This document shows, one piece after another, positions 19,572 to 28,940 of a stretch of 64,000 nucleotides of DNA. The stretch comes from a virus. Position numbers and translations under genes: made by a program. The notes under the pieces were generated by a model, which had not been told where the DNA came from, made no database searches, and saw nothing but the letters and a program-made list of their open reading frames with translations. Every line of letters starts with the position of its first letter. Within the stretch, counting starts at the first letter, position 1. Location: positions 1-64,000 of the IMG/VR virus record IMGVR_UViG_3300027714_000004; one strand, 5' to 3'.

Positions 19572-19600
19572 TTGACACAACCCCCATATTGTAGTATAAT
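19572..19600 (+). promoter_or_regulatory. Sigma70 promoter for gp47
   Basis: TTGACA-N17-TATAAT. Confidence 0.88.
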
Positions 19601-19630
19601 AGCTGTCATACGAATTGAGTTGAGTCTTTT

Positions 19631-20689
19631 ATGAAAATCGCCATACTAAATGATACCCACTGTGGGTGTCGAAACTCCTCTGATATCTTCATGGATTATC
19701 AAGAGAGGTTTTACACAGAAGAGTTTTTTCCTTATCTCCTAGAGAACGGTATTACCCAGATTCTACATTTGGGTGACTACTATGATAATCGAAAAACCAT
19801 CAACCTCAAAGCGTTGAACCATAATCGTCGTATCTTCTTAGATAGGCTGCGAGAGTATAATATCCATATGGATATAATTCCCGGCAACCATGACGTATAC
19901 TTCAAGAATACTATCGAACTAAACTCCTTGAAAGAGTTAATGGGTCACTACATCAATGAGGTAGACATCCTAATGGATCCTATCGTCCGTGATTATGGTG
20001 GTGTTAAGTTTGGTCTTGTACCTTGGATTTGCCCAGAGAACGAGAAAGAGATTCTAACTTTCTTAGAGAACTGTGGTGCCGATGTCATTGGTGGCCACTT
20101 CGAACTCGCAGGATTTGAGATGGATAAAGGTATTGTCTGTCACACTGGTATGGATCCAAAACCTCTAGAACGTTTTGAAACTGTGTTGTCCGGACACTTC
20201 CACACTAAATCTAGCAAGGGTAATATCACTTACCTTGGTGCGCAGATGGAATTCTTCTGGAACGATGCTCATGACCCCAAGTACTTCCACATCTACGATA
20301 CAGAAACTCGTGAGATGACCCCAGTACAGAATATGGTCACACTATTTCATAAAATATATTATGATGAAGACACTATTAATTACTTCGAAGATCTATCTTA
20401 TCTGAATGGTAAGTTTGTCAAGTTGATTGTTTCTAATCGATCTGATATGCAGAAGTTTGAGAGATATGTTGACAAGATTCAGTCGCAAAAGATCCACGAA
20501 CTGAAGATTGCCGAAGACTTCAAAGAATTCCGAGGAGAAAATGTCTCGGATGCTGATATAACTATTGACGACACCGAAACTTTAGTGTATAATTATATCC
20601 AAGAAGTAGAAACAGACTTAGACAAAGAACGCATTAAGGCTGTGGTATCCGAACTAATGATTGAAGCACAGAGTGTCGAAATTGCATGA
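19631..20689 (+). CDS. gp47: Recombination endonuclease gp47 (Mre11-like)
   Basis: DTH, LGD, GNHD and SGHFH metallophosphoesterase motifs. Confidence 0.95.
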   Translation: MKIAILNDTHCGCRNSSDIFMDYQERFYTEEFFPYLLENGITQILHLGDYYDNRKTINLKALNHNRRIFLDRLREYNIHMDIIPGNHDVYFKNTIELNSLKELMGHYINEVDILMDPIVRDYGGVKFGLVPWICPENEKEILTFLENCGADVIGGHFELAGFEMDKGIVCHTGMDPKPLERFETVLSGHFHTKSSKGNITYLGAQMEFFWNDAHDPKYFHIYDTETREMTPVQNMVTLFHKIYYDEDTINYFEDLSYLNGKFVKLIVSNRSDMQKFERYVDKIQSQKIHELKIAEDFKEFRGENVSDADITIDDTETLVYNYIQEVETDLDKERIKAVVSELMIEAQSVEIA

Positions 20690-22410
20690 TTAAATTTGAA
20701 ACGTTACGTTGGAAGAATTTTCTATCCACAGGCAACTATTTTAATGAAATAAACTTTCTGGACAGTTCTACTAACTTAATTGTTGGTGAGAACGGTGCAG
20801 GAAAGTCGACGATGCTCGATGCATTGTCGTTTGCTCTGTTTGGTAAGGCTCATCGTAAGATTACTAAAAATCAGTTGGTCAATACGATCAACAATAAAGA
20901 TTGTGTATCTGAGGTAACCTTCAGTGTAAACACCGTAAAATATCGTGTGGTGCGGGGTATTAAACCTGCTAAGTTTGAAATCTGGAAAGATGGTAGTATG
21001 ATCAACCAGAGTTCACATGCGAGAGAGTATCAAGATATTCTTGAGAAGAACGTCTTTCAGATGTCTCACAAGAGTTTCCACCAGATTGTTGTTCTAGGCT
21101 CGTCGTCTTTTGTTCCGTTCATGCAACTCAACTCCACCTCTCGGCGTGACGTGATCGAAGACCTTCTTGACATTAACATTTTCTCAAAGATGAATATGTT
21201 ACTCAAGGAGAAAACCTCCATCCTTAAAGGCGAGCTTGAGAACAACACCCATTCTATTGAAGTGGTTAAGACTAAGATCAATGCACAGAAGAAGTATATC
21301 CGTGATCTAACTGCTATCAATACTCAACAGCGTAAGGATAAAGAGAGTGATATCTCTGAACTCCAGTCTGAGATCGAAGAACTCAATGCGACAAACGGTA
21401 CGTTATCTGAGACGGTCAGTACACTGTTACCTGTCATTACCGATAGTTTGTCTACTGTCCGTGCAAACAAACAGAAATTAGACCAGTACTATGCACAATT
21501 TAAGAATCAGGTAAAGACTGTAGTCAAGGAAGCAAAGTTCTTTGATGATAATGAACATTGTCCTACGTGTGACCAAGATATCGCAGAAGAGTTGCGTCAA
21601 GAGAAAAAGAACTCTGCGACTACTAAAGCGAAAGAACTCAAGACCACTATGGATGAGGCAGAAGTTCAACGCAAAGTATATGAAGATGAGATAGTATCTC
21701 TAGAGTCTCGGATGTCAGAATGTCTTGCTGACCAGAATACTCTGCATAATAATAACCAGACCATCATTCGACTTCAGAGGTCTGTTGATAAACTTCGTTC
21801 TGATCTAGATGGTATGGCTGCTAGTTCTGGTGATATGGGTCAAGCGAATACTGATTTGACTACTTTAGATACCGAACTTCACGAGAAGACCGACGAGAAG
21901 TATGTCCTCAATGAGAAGGCATCTTATAATCGTATCGCAGCCGAGTTACTCCGTGATACTGGTATCAAGACCAAGATTATTCGTCAGTATATTCCGGTCA
22001 TTAATGAGTTGACCAACAAATACTTGCAGATTCTGGACTTCTTTGTGCACTTTGAACTGGATGATAGTTTTAATGAAACCATCCGGTCACGATACCGCGA
22101 CACGTTCTCTTATGACTCGTTCTCTGAGGGTGAGAAACAACGTATCGATTTGTCCCTATTATTTACTTGGCGTCAGATCGCCAAGATGAAGAATTCGGTG
22201 TCAACTAACTTGTTGATACTTGATGAAACGTTCGACTCTTCGTTGGACGGTGAGGGTGTAGATAATCTTATGAAGATCATCGACACACTGAAAGAAGATA
22301 CGAACGTATTCGTAATCTCTCACAAGACTGAATTGGAGGATGCTCACTTTGAACGTAAGCTAACCTTCGTTAAAGATAAAAACTTCAGTCGAATGAAAGA
22401 AAGTACTTGA
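20686..22410 (+). CDS. gp46: Recombination ATPase gp46 (Rad50-like)
   Basis: GENGAGKS, CPTC hook, FSEGE and ILDE motifs. Confidence 0.96.
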   Translation: MIKFETLRWKNFLSTGNYFNEINFLDSSTNLIVGENGAGKSTMLDALSFALFGKAHRKITKNQLVNTINNKDCVSEVTFSVNTVKYRVVRGIKPAKFEIWKDGSMINQSSHAREYQDILEKNVFQMSHKSFHQIVVLGSSSFVPFMQLNSTSRRDVIEDLLDINIFSKMNMLLKEKTSILKGELENNTHSIEVVKTKINAQKKYIRDLTAINTQQRKDKESDISELQSEIEELNATNGTLSETVSTLLPVITDSLSTVRANKQKLDQYYAQFKNQVKTVVKEAKFFDDNEHCPTCDQDIAEELRQEKKNSATTKAKELKTTMDEAEVQRKVYEDEIVSLESRMSECLADQNTLHNNNQTIIRLQRSVDKLRSDLDGMAASSGDMGQANTDLTTLDTELHEKTDEKYVLNEKASYNRIAAELLRDTGIKTKIIRQYIPVINELTNKYLQILDFFVHFELDDSFNETIRSRYRDTFSYDSFSEGEKQRIDLSLLFTWRQIAKMKNSVSTNLLILDETFDSSLDGEGVDNLMKIIDTLKEDTNVFVISHKTELEDAHFERKLTFVKDKNFSRMKEST

Positions 22411-22435
22411 CATACGGGTCGTATTGTTATATAAT
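22407..22435 (+). promoter_or_regulatory. Sigma70 promoter for gp45
   Basis: TTGACA-N17-TATAAT overlapping the gp46 stop. Confidence 0.85.
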
Positions 22436-22462
22436 GGTCACCTACTAATAAGGAATAACACA

Positions 22463-23140
22463 ATGGAATTATCTAGTCGCACGGTCGAGATTCTGCGTAA
22501 CTTCTCGACAATCAATCCAAACATTGTAGTCAATGGCGGTAACGTCCTAAAGACTATGTCGATAGCAAAGAATATAGTCTCTCGTGCAGAGATCGAAGAA
22601 ACCTTCCCGAATACTTTCGGTATATATGATCTCTCAGAATTCCTATCTGTGCTATCATTGGTGGATCGTCCATCAATCACTTTCGGTGATAACTTCTGTA
22701 CCGTATCAGACGGTAGTGGATTATCATCCGTGAAATACTTCTACTCTGATCCAGAGATGCTTTCTGCACCTAAGAAAGATATCGTTATGCCAGAGTGTGA
22801 AGTAAAGTTCTTGCTTACTAACGAAACCCTAAGTAAGATCAAACGCGCATCTTCTGCACTTGGTTACGATAATATCTCTATCAAACCAAACGGAAATGCT
22901 ATTGAGATTAGCGTAATTGACTCAAATGACTCTACTTCTAACTCATACTCTGTATTGGCTGAAGGTAATTTCCCTGAAGGGACTGACTTCAACTTCATTA
23001 TGGGCGTGTCTAACATGAAGTTGCTTGGTGAAGACTATGAAGTTTCGGTCTCTACTAAATTAATCTCACACTTTAAATCAATAAATTCAGAGACGCAATA
23101 CTTTATTGCTCTTGAAAAATCATCTACTTATGGAGTCTAA
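22463..23140 (+). CDS. gp45: Sliding clamp gp45
   Basis: MELS..T..ILRNFSTIN, FGIYDLSEFL and YFIALE motifs; ATG at 22463 after AAGGA. Confidence 0.95.
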   Translation: MELSSRTVEILRNFSTINPNIVVNGGNVLKTMSIAKNIVSRAEIEETFPNTFGIYDLSEFLSVLSLVDRPSITFGDNFCTVSDGSGLSSVKYFYSDPEMLSAPKKDIVMPECEVKFLLTNETLSKIKRASSALGYDNISIKPNGNAIEISVIDSNDSTSNSYSVLAEGNFPEGTDFNFIMGVSNMKLLGEDYEVSVSTKLISHFKSINSETQYFIALEKSSTYGV

Positions 23141-23141
23141 C

Positions 23142-23360
23142 ATGACTGAAGAACAAAAGAACTTAAATGACCTAGCAAACCGCGTTGCACGATCCTGTGT
23201 AGCTGTTGTAGACACCATTGTAACTCGTGGTGGTTTTAAAGGTGAAGAGTTGACTACTATTGGTCAACTACGTGATCAAGCAATCCAAGTGGTTGCACTC
23301 TATGAAGGTGTCGCAAAGGCACATGCAGAAGAATCAGAAAAGACTGCTAAGAAGAAGTAA
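23142..23360 (+). CDS. Conserved hypothetical protein
   Basis: VVDTIVTRGGFKGEELTTIGQL helical protein starting right after the gp45 stop. Confidence 0.7.
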   Translation: MTEEQKNLNDLANRVARSCVAVVDTIVTRGGFKGEELTTIGQLRDQAIQVVALYEGVAKAHAEESEKTAKKK

Positions 23361-23368
23361 CCCCCCTT

Positions 23369-23454
23369 TGGTCTCTTGAATCATAATGTCTTTGCCCAAG
23401 ATATGATTTGAATTGAACTTATATATAGTATGCCTTATTTGATTCAAGAGACCA
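23369..23454. repeat. Perfect 15-bp inverted repeat with 56-nt spacer
   Basis: TGGTCTCTTGAATCA (23369-23383) and TGATTCAAGAGACCA (23440-23454). Confidence 0.85.
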
Positions 23455-23460
23455 CCCTAA

Positions 23461-23700
23461 TTGTTAAAGTTAAACCCCAATATTGCTAAAGAGTCCGCAG
23501 TACATGTATTGACTGGGGCATTGATCAATTACCCTCTCAACATATTTTTTCTGTGGTTAATTATAGAAAGGTGGGGGATAACAGATCCGTTCTGGATTAC
23601 TAACATAATCACTTTTTGGTTCTCAATTACTGCTTTCACTCGCATATATATAATAAGGTCATATGCAGAAAAACGTAAGTTAAAGAAAAATAGAAAGTAA
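23461..23700 (+). CDS. Small two-TM membrane protein
   Basis: Two hydrophobic segments, F..TRIYIIRSY and a basic tail; start uncertain (TTG). Confidence 0.6.
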   Translation: MLKLNPNIAKESAVHVLTGALINYPLNIFFLWLIIERWGITDPFWITNIITFWFSITAFTRIYIIRSYAEKRKLKKNRK

Positions 23701-23702
23701 AC

Positions 23703-23778
23703 GCCCTCTTAGCTCATTTGGTAGAGCAGCACACTTGTAATGTGCAGGTGATCCGTTCGAATCGGATAGAGGGCTCCA
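23703..23778 (+). tRNA. tRNA-Thr(UGU)
   Basis: Cloverleaf, anticodon loop CTTGTAA, TTCGA T-loop, CCA end. Confidence 0.95.
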
Positions 23779-23809
23779 TTTCTTTTATTAAAAATATATA
23801 CCTTTACTC

Positions 23810-23838
23810 TTTACATGAGAGGACAAGTGTAGTATAAT
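23810..23838 (+). promoter_or_regulatory. Sigma70 promoter for gp44
   Basis: TTTACA-N17-TATAAT. Confidence 0.8.
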
Positions 23839-23876
23839 GTCCTCATTGATTAATTATTATATTATGGAGTTCCAAC

Positions 23877-24821
23877 ATGAGCAATGAGTTTCTGTGGGTT
23901 GAGAAGTATCGTCCTAAAATGGTGTCCGAGACTATCCTTCCGGATGAGTTAAAGACCACCTTTCAAAACATCGTAGACGGCGGAGAAATCCTAAACATGA
24001 TGTTTACTGGCAGTGCCGGTACTGGTAAGACAACAGTCGCTAAGGCGATCTGTCAAGAATTAGACCTAGATTACATCGTGATCAACGGGTCGGAAGAAGG
24101 TAACATCGACACTCTGCGCGGCAAGATCCGTCAGTTTGCATCATCGGTCTCTCTGTCTGGTGGTTACAAAGTGGTCATCCTAGATGAGGCTGACTATCTA
24201 AATCCCCAATCAACGCAACCTGCTCTCCGTGGGTTTATCGAAGAGTTCTCTAACAACTGTCGTTTCATTATGACTTGTAACTTCGAGAACAAGATCATCG
24301 AACCTCTTCACTCAAGATGTTCTAAGTACGCCTTTAACTTTGATAAGAAGACCATGCACTCCTTATGTGGTGGGTTCATGGATAGACTTCAAGGAATCCT
24401 TGATAAGGAAGGTGTTGCGTACGACAAGAAAGTTGTCGCAAATATCATCATGAAACATGCTCCGGATTGGAGAAGAGTCCTCAACGAATGTCAGAAGGGT
24501 TCTGTCTCTGGTACACTAAATGTTGTGGGTAACCTCAGTGTAGATATCTCTGATGCCTACACCCAGTTGTTCACTGCACTCCGAGAGAAGAACTTCAAGA
24601 AGATGAGATCGTGGGTAGTTAACAATATTGATGTTGAACCCGCCACAATCTTTCGTGGGATCTATGACAAGATGTATGATCATGTCGCCCCAAATAGTAT
24701 CCCTCAGTTAGTTCTTATCCTTGCAGACTACCAGTATAAGAACGCATTTGTCGCAGATCATGAATTAAATCTGGTCGCATGTATGACCGAAGTGATGGCT
24801 AACGTAGAGATCAAACCTTAA
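23877..24821 (+). CDS. gp44: Clamp loader large subunit gp44
   Basis: WVEKYRP, GSAGTGKT, ILDEAD and SRC motifs. Confidence 0.96.
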   Translation: MSNEFLWVEKYRPKMVSETILPDELKTTFQNIVDGGEILNMMFTGSAGTGKTTVAKAICQELDLDYIVINGSEEGNIDTLRGKIRQFASSVSLSGGYKVVILDEADYLNPQSTQPALRGFIEEFSNNCRFIMTCNFENKIIEPLHSRCSKYAFNFDKKTMHSLCGGFMDRLQGILDKEGVAYDKKVVANIIMKHAPDWRRVLNECQKGSVSGTLNVVGNLSVDISDAYTQLFTALREKNFKKMRSWVVNNIDVEPATIFRGIYDKMYDHVAPNSIPQLVLILADYQYKNAFVADHELNLVACMTEVMANVEIKP

Positions 24822-25225
24822 TGTCTGGCGCAAAGTCTAAGAGATTAAGTCCGTTTGACTTTCTAAAGACTATTAATGACACTAAGATCAACCTTATTGA
24901 TATGGATGAGAGCAACGCTAAAGCCTATAATGGATTTATGGTTAACAGATCTCTCTCTTATTTTTCAGATACTGTAATTATTTCTAATGAAATGAACAGA
25001 TTACATCACATTGATAGTAAGATGCAATACGATTTTCTTATAAATATTATAAGGAAAAGGAAGCGATTCTCTAAATGGAACAAACCTGATCTAAGAGTTG
25101 ACATGGAATGTATCAAGGAATATTTTGGGTACAGTGAACAGAAGGCTAAGCAAGTCATCGGACTCTTAACGGAATCACAAATACAAACTATCAAACATAA
25201 GGTTGGCAAAGGTGGAAGAGAATAA
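24821..25225 (+). CDS. gp62: Clamp loader small subunit gp62
   Basis: FMVNRSLS, MQYDF and RKRKRFSKW motifs; follows gp44. Confidence 0.92.
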   Translation: MSGAKSKRLSPFDFLKTINDTKINLIDMDESNAKAYNGFMVNRSLSYFSDTVIISNEMNRLHHIDSKMQYDFLINIIRKRKRFSKWNKPDLRVDMECIKEYFGYSEQKAKQVIGLLTESQIQTIKHKVGKGGRE

Positions 25226-25622
25226 TCTTGTTCAATGGAACTCTGATATGATGCTAGAAATTAGTCTATCAGAACCAGATGATTTCCTGAAAGTCAGAGA
25301 AACATTAACACGTATAGGTGTAGCGTCTAGGAGAGACAATACTCTATATCAATCATGCCACATCTTGCATAAGCAAGGTAGGTACTTTATCGTACATTTC
25401 AAGGAACTATTCTTGTTGGACGGTAAGAAGTCAAATCTAGAAACGTCAGATATGGAAAGACGCAACACTATCGCCACTCTGCTTGCAGACTGGGGACTAG
25501 TTGGAATCGTTAACAAAGAAGTAGCTCGTGATTGCGCTCCAATGAGACAAATCAAAATTATTTCATTCCGTGACAAGTCCGAATGGACATTACAACCGAA
25601 GTATAATATTGGAAATAGTTGA
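25203..25622 (+). CDS. regA: Translational repressor RegA
   Basis: DDFLKVRETLTRIG and QSCHILHKQGRYFIVHFKELF motifs. Confidence 0.96.
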   Translation: MAKVEENNLVQWNSDMMLEISLSEPDDFLKVRETLTRIGVASRRDNTLYQSCHILHKQGRYFIVHFKELFLLDGKKSNLETSDMERRNTIATLLADWGLVGIVNKEVARDCAPMRQIKIISFRDKSEWTLQPKYNIGNS

Positions 25623-26167
25623 AAAGTATGTCAGTGAATTATGGTATATTTGAAGGTAAAGAAGATAATATAAGAACGAAGACCCCATTTGTAGGTCGAC
25701 TTCCATTTGATATGGGGTCGACCTACAACTGGAACCAATTCATGCATATGATGGATTCTCATCCCAAAGATCTGTATGATCGAAATTCGGATAAAATGCG
25801 TATCGGATTAAACTCTTTCCACAGTCGCGGTAGTGCACCGGACTTTGCCAGAGGGATTTATGAAGAGATGCAAGATGTATTTACCCTACACGCCAACAAG
25901 ATCACTAACATTGCGTTCAGTGGTTTTGGACGTGACAGTGGATCTTACCCTTGGCATAAAGACGGAATGGATGTCTTCTTAGTTCAGGTCATCAGTACCG
26001 TAGGACTAAAGGTTGAGGGTATTGACAATAATGAAATGTTTGACTTTGAGCCAGGCATGTATGCTTACCTACCGCGTGGTACGCATCATCAAGTATTTCC
26101 ACGCGAATCTAGAGTATCCTTCTCATTCGGTGTAGAAGGTGATCCAGACCCATCAATTTATTACTAA
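25619..26167 (+). CDS. JmjC/cupin 2OG-Fe(II) oxygenase
   Basis: PWHKDGMDVFLVQV (HxD) and YLPRGTHH, typical of Cupin_4/JmjC enzymes. Confidence 0.75.
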   Translation: MKSMSVNYGIFEGKEDNIRTKTPFVGRLPFDMGSTYNWNQFMHMMDSHPKDLYDRNSDKMRIGLNSFHSRGSAPDFARGIYEEMQDVFTLHANKITNIAFSGFGRDSGSYPWHKDGMDVFLVQVISTVGLKVEGIDNNEMFDFEPGMYAYLPRGTHHQVFPRESRVSFSFGVEGDPDPSIYY

Positions 26168-26226
26168 ACCATATCGAATATAATAAAATAAAGTGTTAAT
26201 AATTCACTTTACATTTTTATACTTTG

Positions 26227-26300
26227 TATAAATAGTACCGGATGTGCCGATGGTCGGGCATCCATTTTAAAACTTGCTAACTAATTTAGGAGTTAACAGC
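26227..26300 (+). promoter_or_regulatory. Late promoter plus ROSE-like RNA thermometer leader
   Basis: TATAAATA at 26227; hairpin at 26240-26263; SD hairpin AACTTGCTAA/TTAGGAGTT at 26271-26294 with the UUGCU motif opposite AGGAG. Confidence 0.7.
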
Positions 26301-26798
26301 ATGACAATAACAGCAAAACAACTGTTTCCACGTTCAGCATTTGTCGGTTTTGATACCATGATCGACGAATTAGACCGTATCTCAAGGCGCTCGGGTGACA
26401 TATTCCCTCCGCACAATATATTGAAGACGGGTGAGGATCAATACCTAATCGAACTCGCGATCGCTGGTTTCAGCGAGGATGAATTAGAAATCGAAGTAAA
26501 GAACCGAACACTGACCATTCGAGGACAGCACAAAGATAACGGAAGAGAGTATATCCATAAAGGGATATCTACAAAACAGTTCGAGCGGCAATTTAGGCTG
26601 TCGGAGTATGTTGAAGTAATAGGAGCTGATTTCAGTCAAGGACTACTTGCCATTAATTTGGAAGTCATAATACCTGATAATCATCGGCCTCGTAAAGTTG
26701 AAATTAACGGGTCTCAAACATTGAGTCCTCAACTATTAAACGAGGAGATCGTAAATGAATCAAAAAAGAGTTCTACATCATCTAAAAAGTCATCATAG
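26301..26798 (+). CDS. hsp20: Small heat-shock protein (Hsp20/IbpA-like)
   Basis: FVGFD, FPPHNI, IELAIAGF, YIHKGIS and GLLAINL motifs. Confidence 0.95.
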   Translation: MTITAKQLFPRSAFVGFDTMIDELDRISRRSGDIFPPHNILKTGEDQYLIELAIAGFSEDELEIEVKNRTLTIRGQHKDNGREYIHKGISTKQFERQFRLSEYVEVIGADFSQGLLAINLEVIIPDNHRPRKVEINGSQTLSPQLLNEEIVNESKKSSTSSKKSS

Positions 26799-26886
26799 AC
26801 ACTTTAGATTCGAAGATGTAAGCTTGACTTTGGCGATAGTAGGAGTATGTTATACCATGTTCCTATGTTTATTGCCATTGATCTAG
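26755..26886 (+). CDS. Small His-rich membrane peptide (43 aa, not in ORF track)
   Basis: Strong SD GAGGAG; MNQKRVLHHLKSHHRHFRFEDVSLTLAIVGVCYTMFLCLLPLI; terminator follows. Confidence 0.6.
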   Translation: MNQKRVLHHLKSHHRHFRFEDVSLTLAIVGVCYTMFLCLLPLI

Positions 26887-26896
26887 ATAGATAAAT

Positions 26897-26923
26897 AAGG
26901 GGGAGTCAAATCCCCCTTTTTTT
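26897..26923 (+). terminator. Rho-independent terminator
   Basis: AGGGGGA-GTCAAA-TCCCCCT followed by a T-run. Confidence 0.88.
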
Positions 26924-26932
26924 GTGAGCGAT

Positions 26933-27733
26933 ATGAAAGCAATACAAATTGTAATGAAAGGAGACGAACGGTCGGAAGAGTACGCACATCTTTCTAGACG
27001 TTCTTTCCAACGTGCCATCGATGATGGTTACATCGACTCCATCGAAACCTTCGATGCGATTACCCCCCAATCAGAAGACTTCCAAGACCATGTAGATAAG
27101 TACACGTGGGATAAGAGTCTGATGACCCTAGACCTAAACTCCCCTAATACAAAAGACGATCACTCACCTTCCGAGAAGGCTGGGATGTGTTCTCATTGGG
27201 AACTTATGCGTCAACAAGGAGAGTCTGACGATAAGTTCTGGATTATGGAACACGACACTTGGTTGATAGAAGAACGTTATGAAGCGTTTAAACTTCTCTC
27301 TGAGTACTCTGAGAACACTCTCTATGCAAACATCGGACTATTCATGGGTATGTACTCTATGGATAGGGGTTTCGCCCACTGGAGTCACCACATGATGACT
27401 ACCAGACAATTCCCTATCAACTGTGGCCCATACTGCGTTCTACAACGTCTTTTCAGAACATACACAACTGACCACCTTACTCGTCCAGAAATTAATTATT
27501 ACGGAATCCGCAATACCGCCTTGCATCCTTGGTCTGGATGTGATACAATAGGCGTAGGTCGTGACATTGGAATTTACTTCAATGAGCAGGACAGACATAA
27601 GACTGGCATCCCAACACCAACGACTCAGTTGATTTCAAAACGTCTGAGTGTGACTCAAGACCATCATGGTTATAATGACAGTCACCAACAAGAGCCTTGG
27701 ACTAGACATAAATTCTTTAAAGTTGTAGATTAG
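26933..27733 (+). CDS. Glycosyltransferase family 25-like protein
   Basis: FDAI, AGMCSHWELMR and WIMEHDT resemble the GT25 F.AV / GCxxSH / ILEDD motifs. Confidence 0.55.
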   Translation: MKAIQIVMKGDERSEEYAHLSRRSFQRAIDDGYIDSIETFDAITPQSEDFQDHVDKYTWDKSLMTLDLNSPNTKDDHSPSEKAGMCSHWELMRQQGESDDKFWIMEHDTWLIEERYEAFKLLSEYSENTLYANIGLFMGMYSMDRGFAHWSHHMMTTRQFPINCGPYCVLQRLFRTYTTDHLTRPEINYYGIRNTALHPWSGCDTIGVGRDIGIYFNEQDRHKTGIPTPTTQLISKRLSVTQDHHGYNDSHQQEPWTRHKFFKVVD

Positions 27734-27736
27734 GGG

Positions 27737-27765
27737 TTGACACATAAGGCTATATACTGTATAAT
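27737..27765 (+). promoter_or_regulatory. Sigma70 promoter of the DNA-modification cluster
   Basis: TTGACA-N17-TATAAT. Confidence 0.88.
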
Positions 27766-27791
27766 GTCTATTAAACAGTGAAAGGTGTATT

Positions 27792-28940
27792 ATGAGTTAT
27801 CAACCATATAATCTACAAGATGTCTACGATGCGGCATCACAGAAGAAATTTCAAGTCATCTCGACCTTTGCGGGTGGTGGTGGATCGTCCACAGGTTACC
27901 GTCTTGCTGGTGCAGATATTCTAGCAATTAACGAGTTTGTCGAAGAAGCACGGATAACCTATAAAGAAAACTATCCAGATACTCCTATTCTCCCTGACGA
28001 TATCAAACAGCTGTCCGGTCAAGACTTTCTAGATCTCACTGGTCTCAAGAAAGGTGAACTTGATATCCTTGATGGCTCTCCTCCTTGCTCTGCCTTTTCT
28101 GTTTCGGGTAAACTCTCTCATGCATCTGATGGTAAACACTCGGATGGTTGGGGTCAAACCAAATCTTATTCTGACGGCAAGATCGTAGAAAATATCGAAG
28201 ACTTGTTCTTTGAGTTCTTACGCGTAGCCAAAGAAATCTCCCCCAAGGTAATCATCGCAGAGAATGTTAAAGGTCTGACCATTGGTGAGGCAAAAGAATA
28301 TTACAACCGCATCCTGAATGAATTCGAGAACATCGGATATGAAGTTGTCTCTGAAGTATTAGATTCCCGTTACTATGGGGTGTCCCAAACTCGCAATCGA
28401 GTAATCTTTATTGCAGTACGACAAGATGTTGCTGATGAAGTTGGTCTAAACTTCTTGACTATGAATCACTTGTTTCCAGAACCTTCTCGTACTGCTATCC
28501 CATTGAAAGATGCGTTGGTAGGACTAGAGTACGACGACGAAGAAGTCAAATATTTAACGGAGAAGTTTGAGAATACCGCATACTGGAAACAGACTGGATC
28601 CATGATGGAGAAGTTTCCTAAGAAGGTATTGTCCGGTACGGATTACCATCCCAAGGGTCACCACTTCAACCTCAAGCGAGTTTCTCTTGAAGTCCCTGCA
28701 CCAACCCTCACTGCTATGGGTAACGGGGATACGACAGCTGGTGCGTTCCATTGGAGTGAATCAAGAAAGTTGACACTAGGGGAATTAAAGCGTATAATGT
28801 CACTTCCGGATGACTTTAAACTAACGGGTAAGTGGAACCAGAAAGCAGAACGCATTGGTCGTATGGTTCCTCCATTGATGATGAAGAAGATCGCAGAGTC
28901 GGTCTATGATAACGTATTGAAGGTATACAATGAAAGATAG
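27792..28940 (+). CDS. C5-cytosine methyltransferase-fold enzyme, predicted DNA cytosine carboxymethyltransferase (CmoX-like)
   Basis: Motif I FAGGGG, IV GSPPC, VI ENV, VIII QTRNR; motif X is IGRMVPP instead of the canonical IGNAVPP. Confidence 0.85.
   Translation: MSYQPYNLQDVYDAASQKKFQVISTFAGGGGSSTGYRLAGADILAINEFVEEARITYKENYPDTPILPDDIKQLSGQDFLDLTGLKKGELDILDGSPPCSAFSVSGKLSHASDGKHSDGWGQTKSYSDGKIVENIEDLFFEFLRVAKEISPKVIIAENVKGLTIGEAKEYYNRILNEFENIGYEVVSEVLDSRYYGVSQTRNRVIFIAVRQDVADEVGLNFLTMNHLFPEPSRTAIPLKDALVGLEYDDEEVKYLTEKFENTAYWKQTGSMMEKFPKKVLSGTDYHPKGHHFNLKRVSLEVPAPTLTAMGNGDTTAGAFHWSESRKLTLGELKRIMSLPDDFKLTGKWNQKAERIGRMVPPLMMKKIAESVYDNVLKVYNER
28770..28798 (+). promoter_or_regulatory. Internal sigma70 promoter upstream of the cmoA-like gene
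   Basis: Perfect TTGACA-N17-TATAAT inside the MTase coding sequence. Confidence 0.65.
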
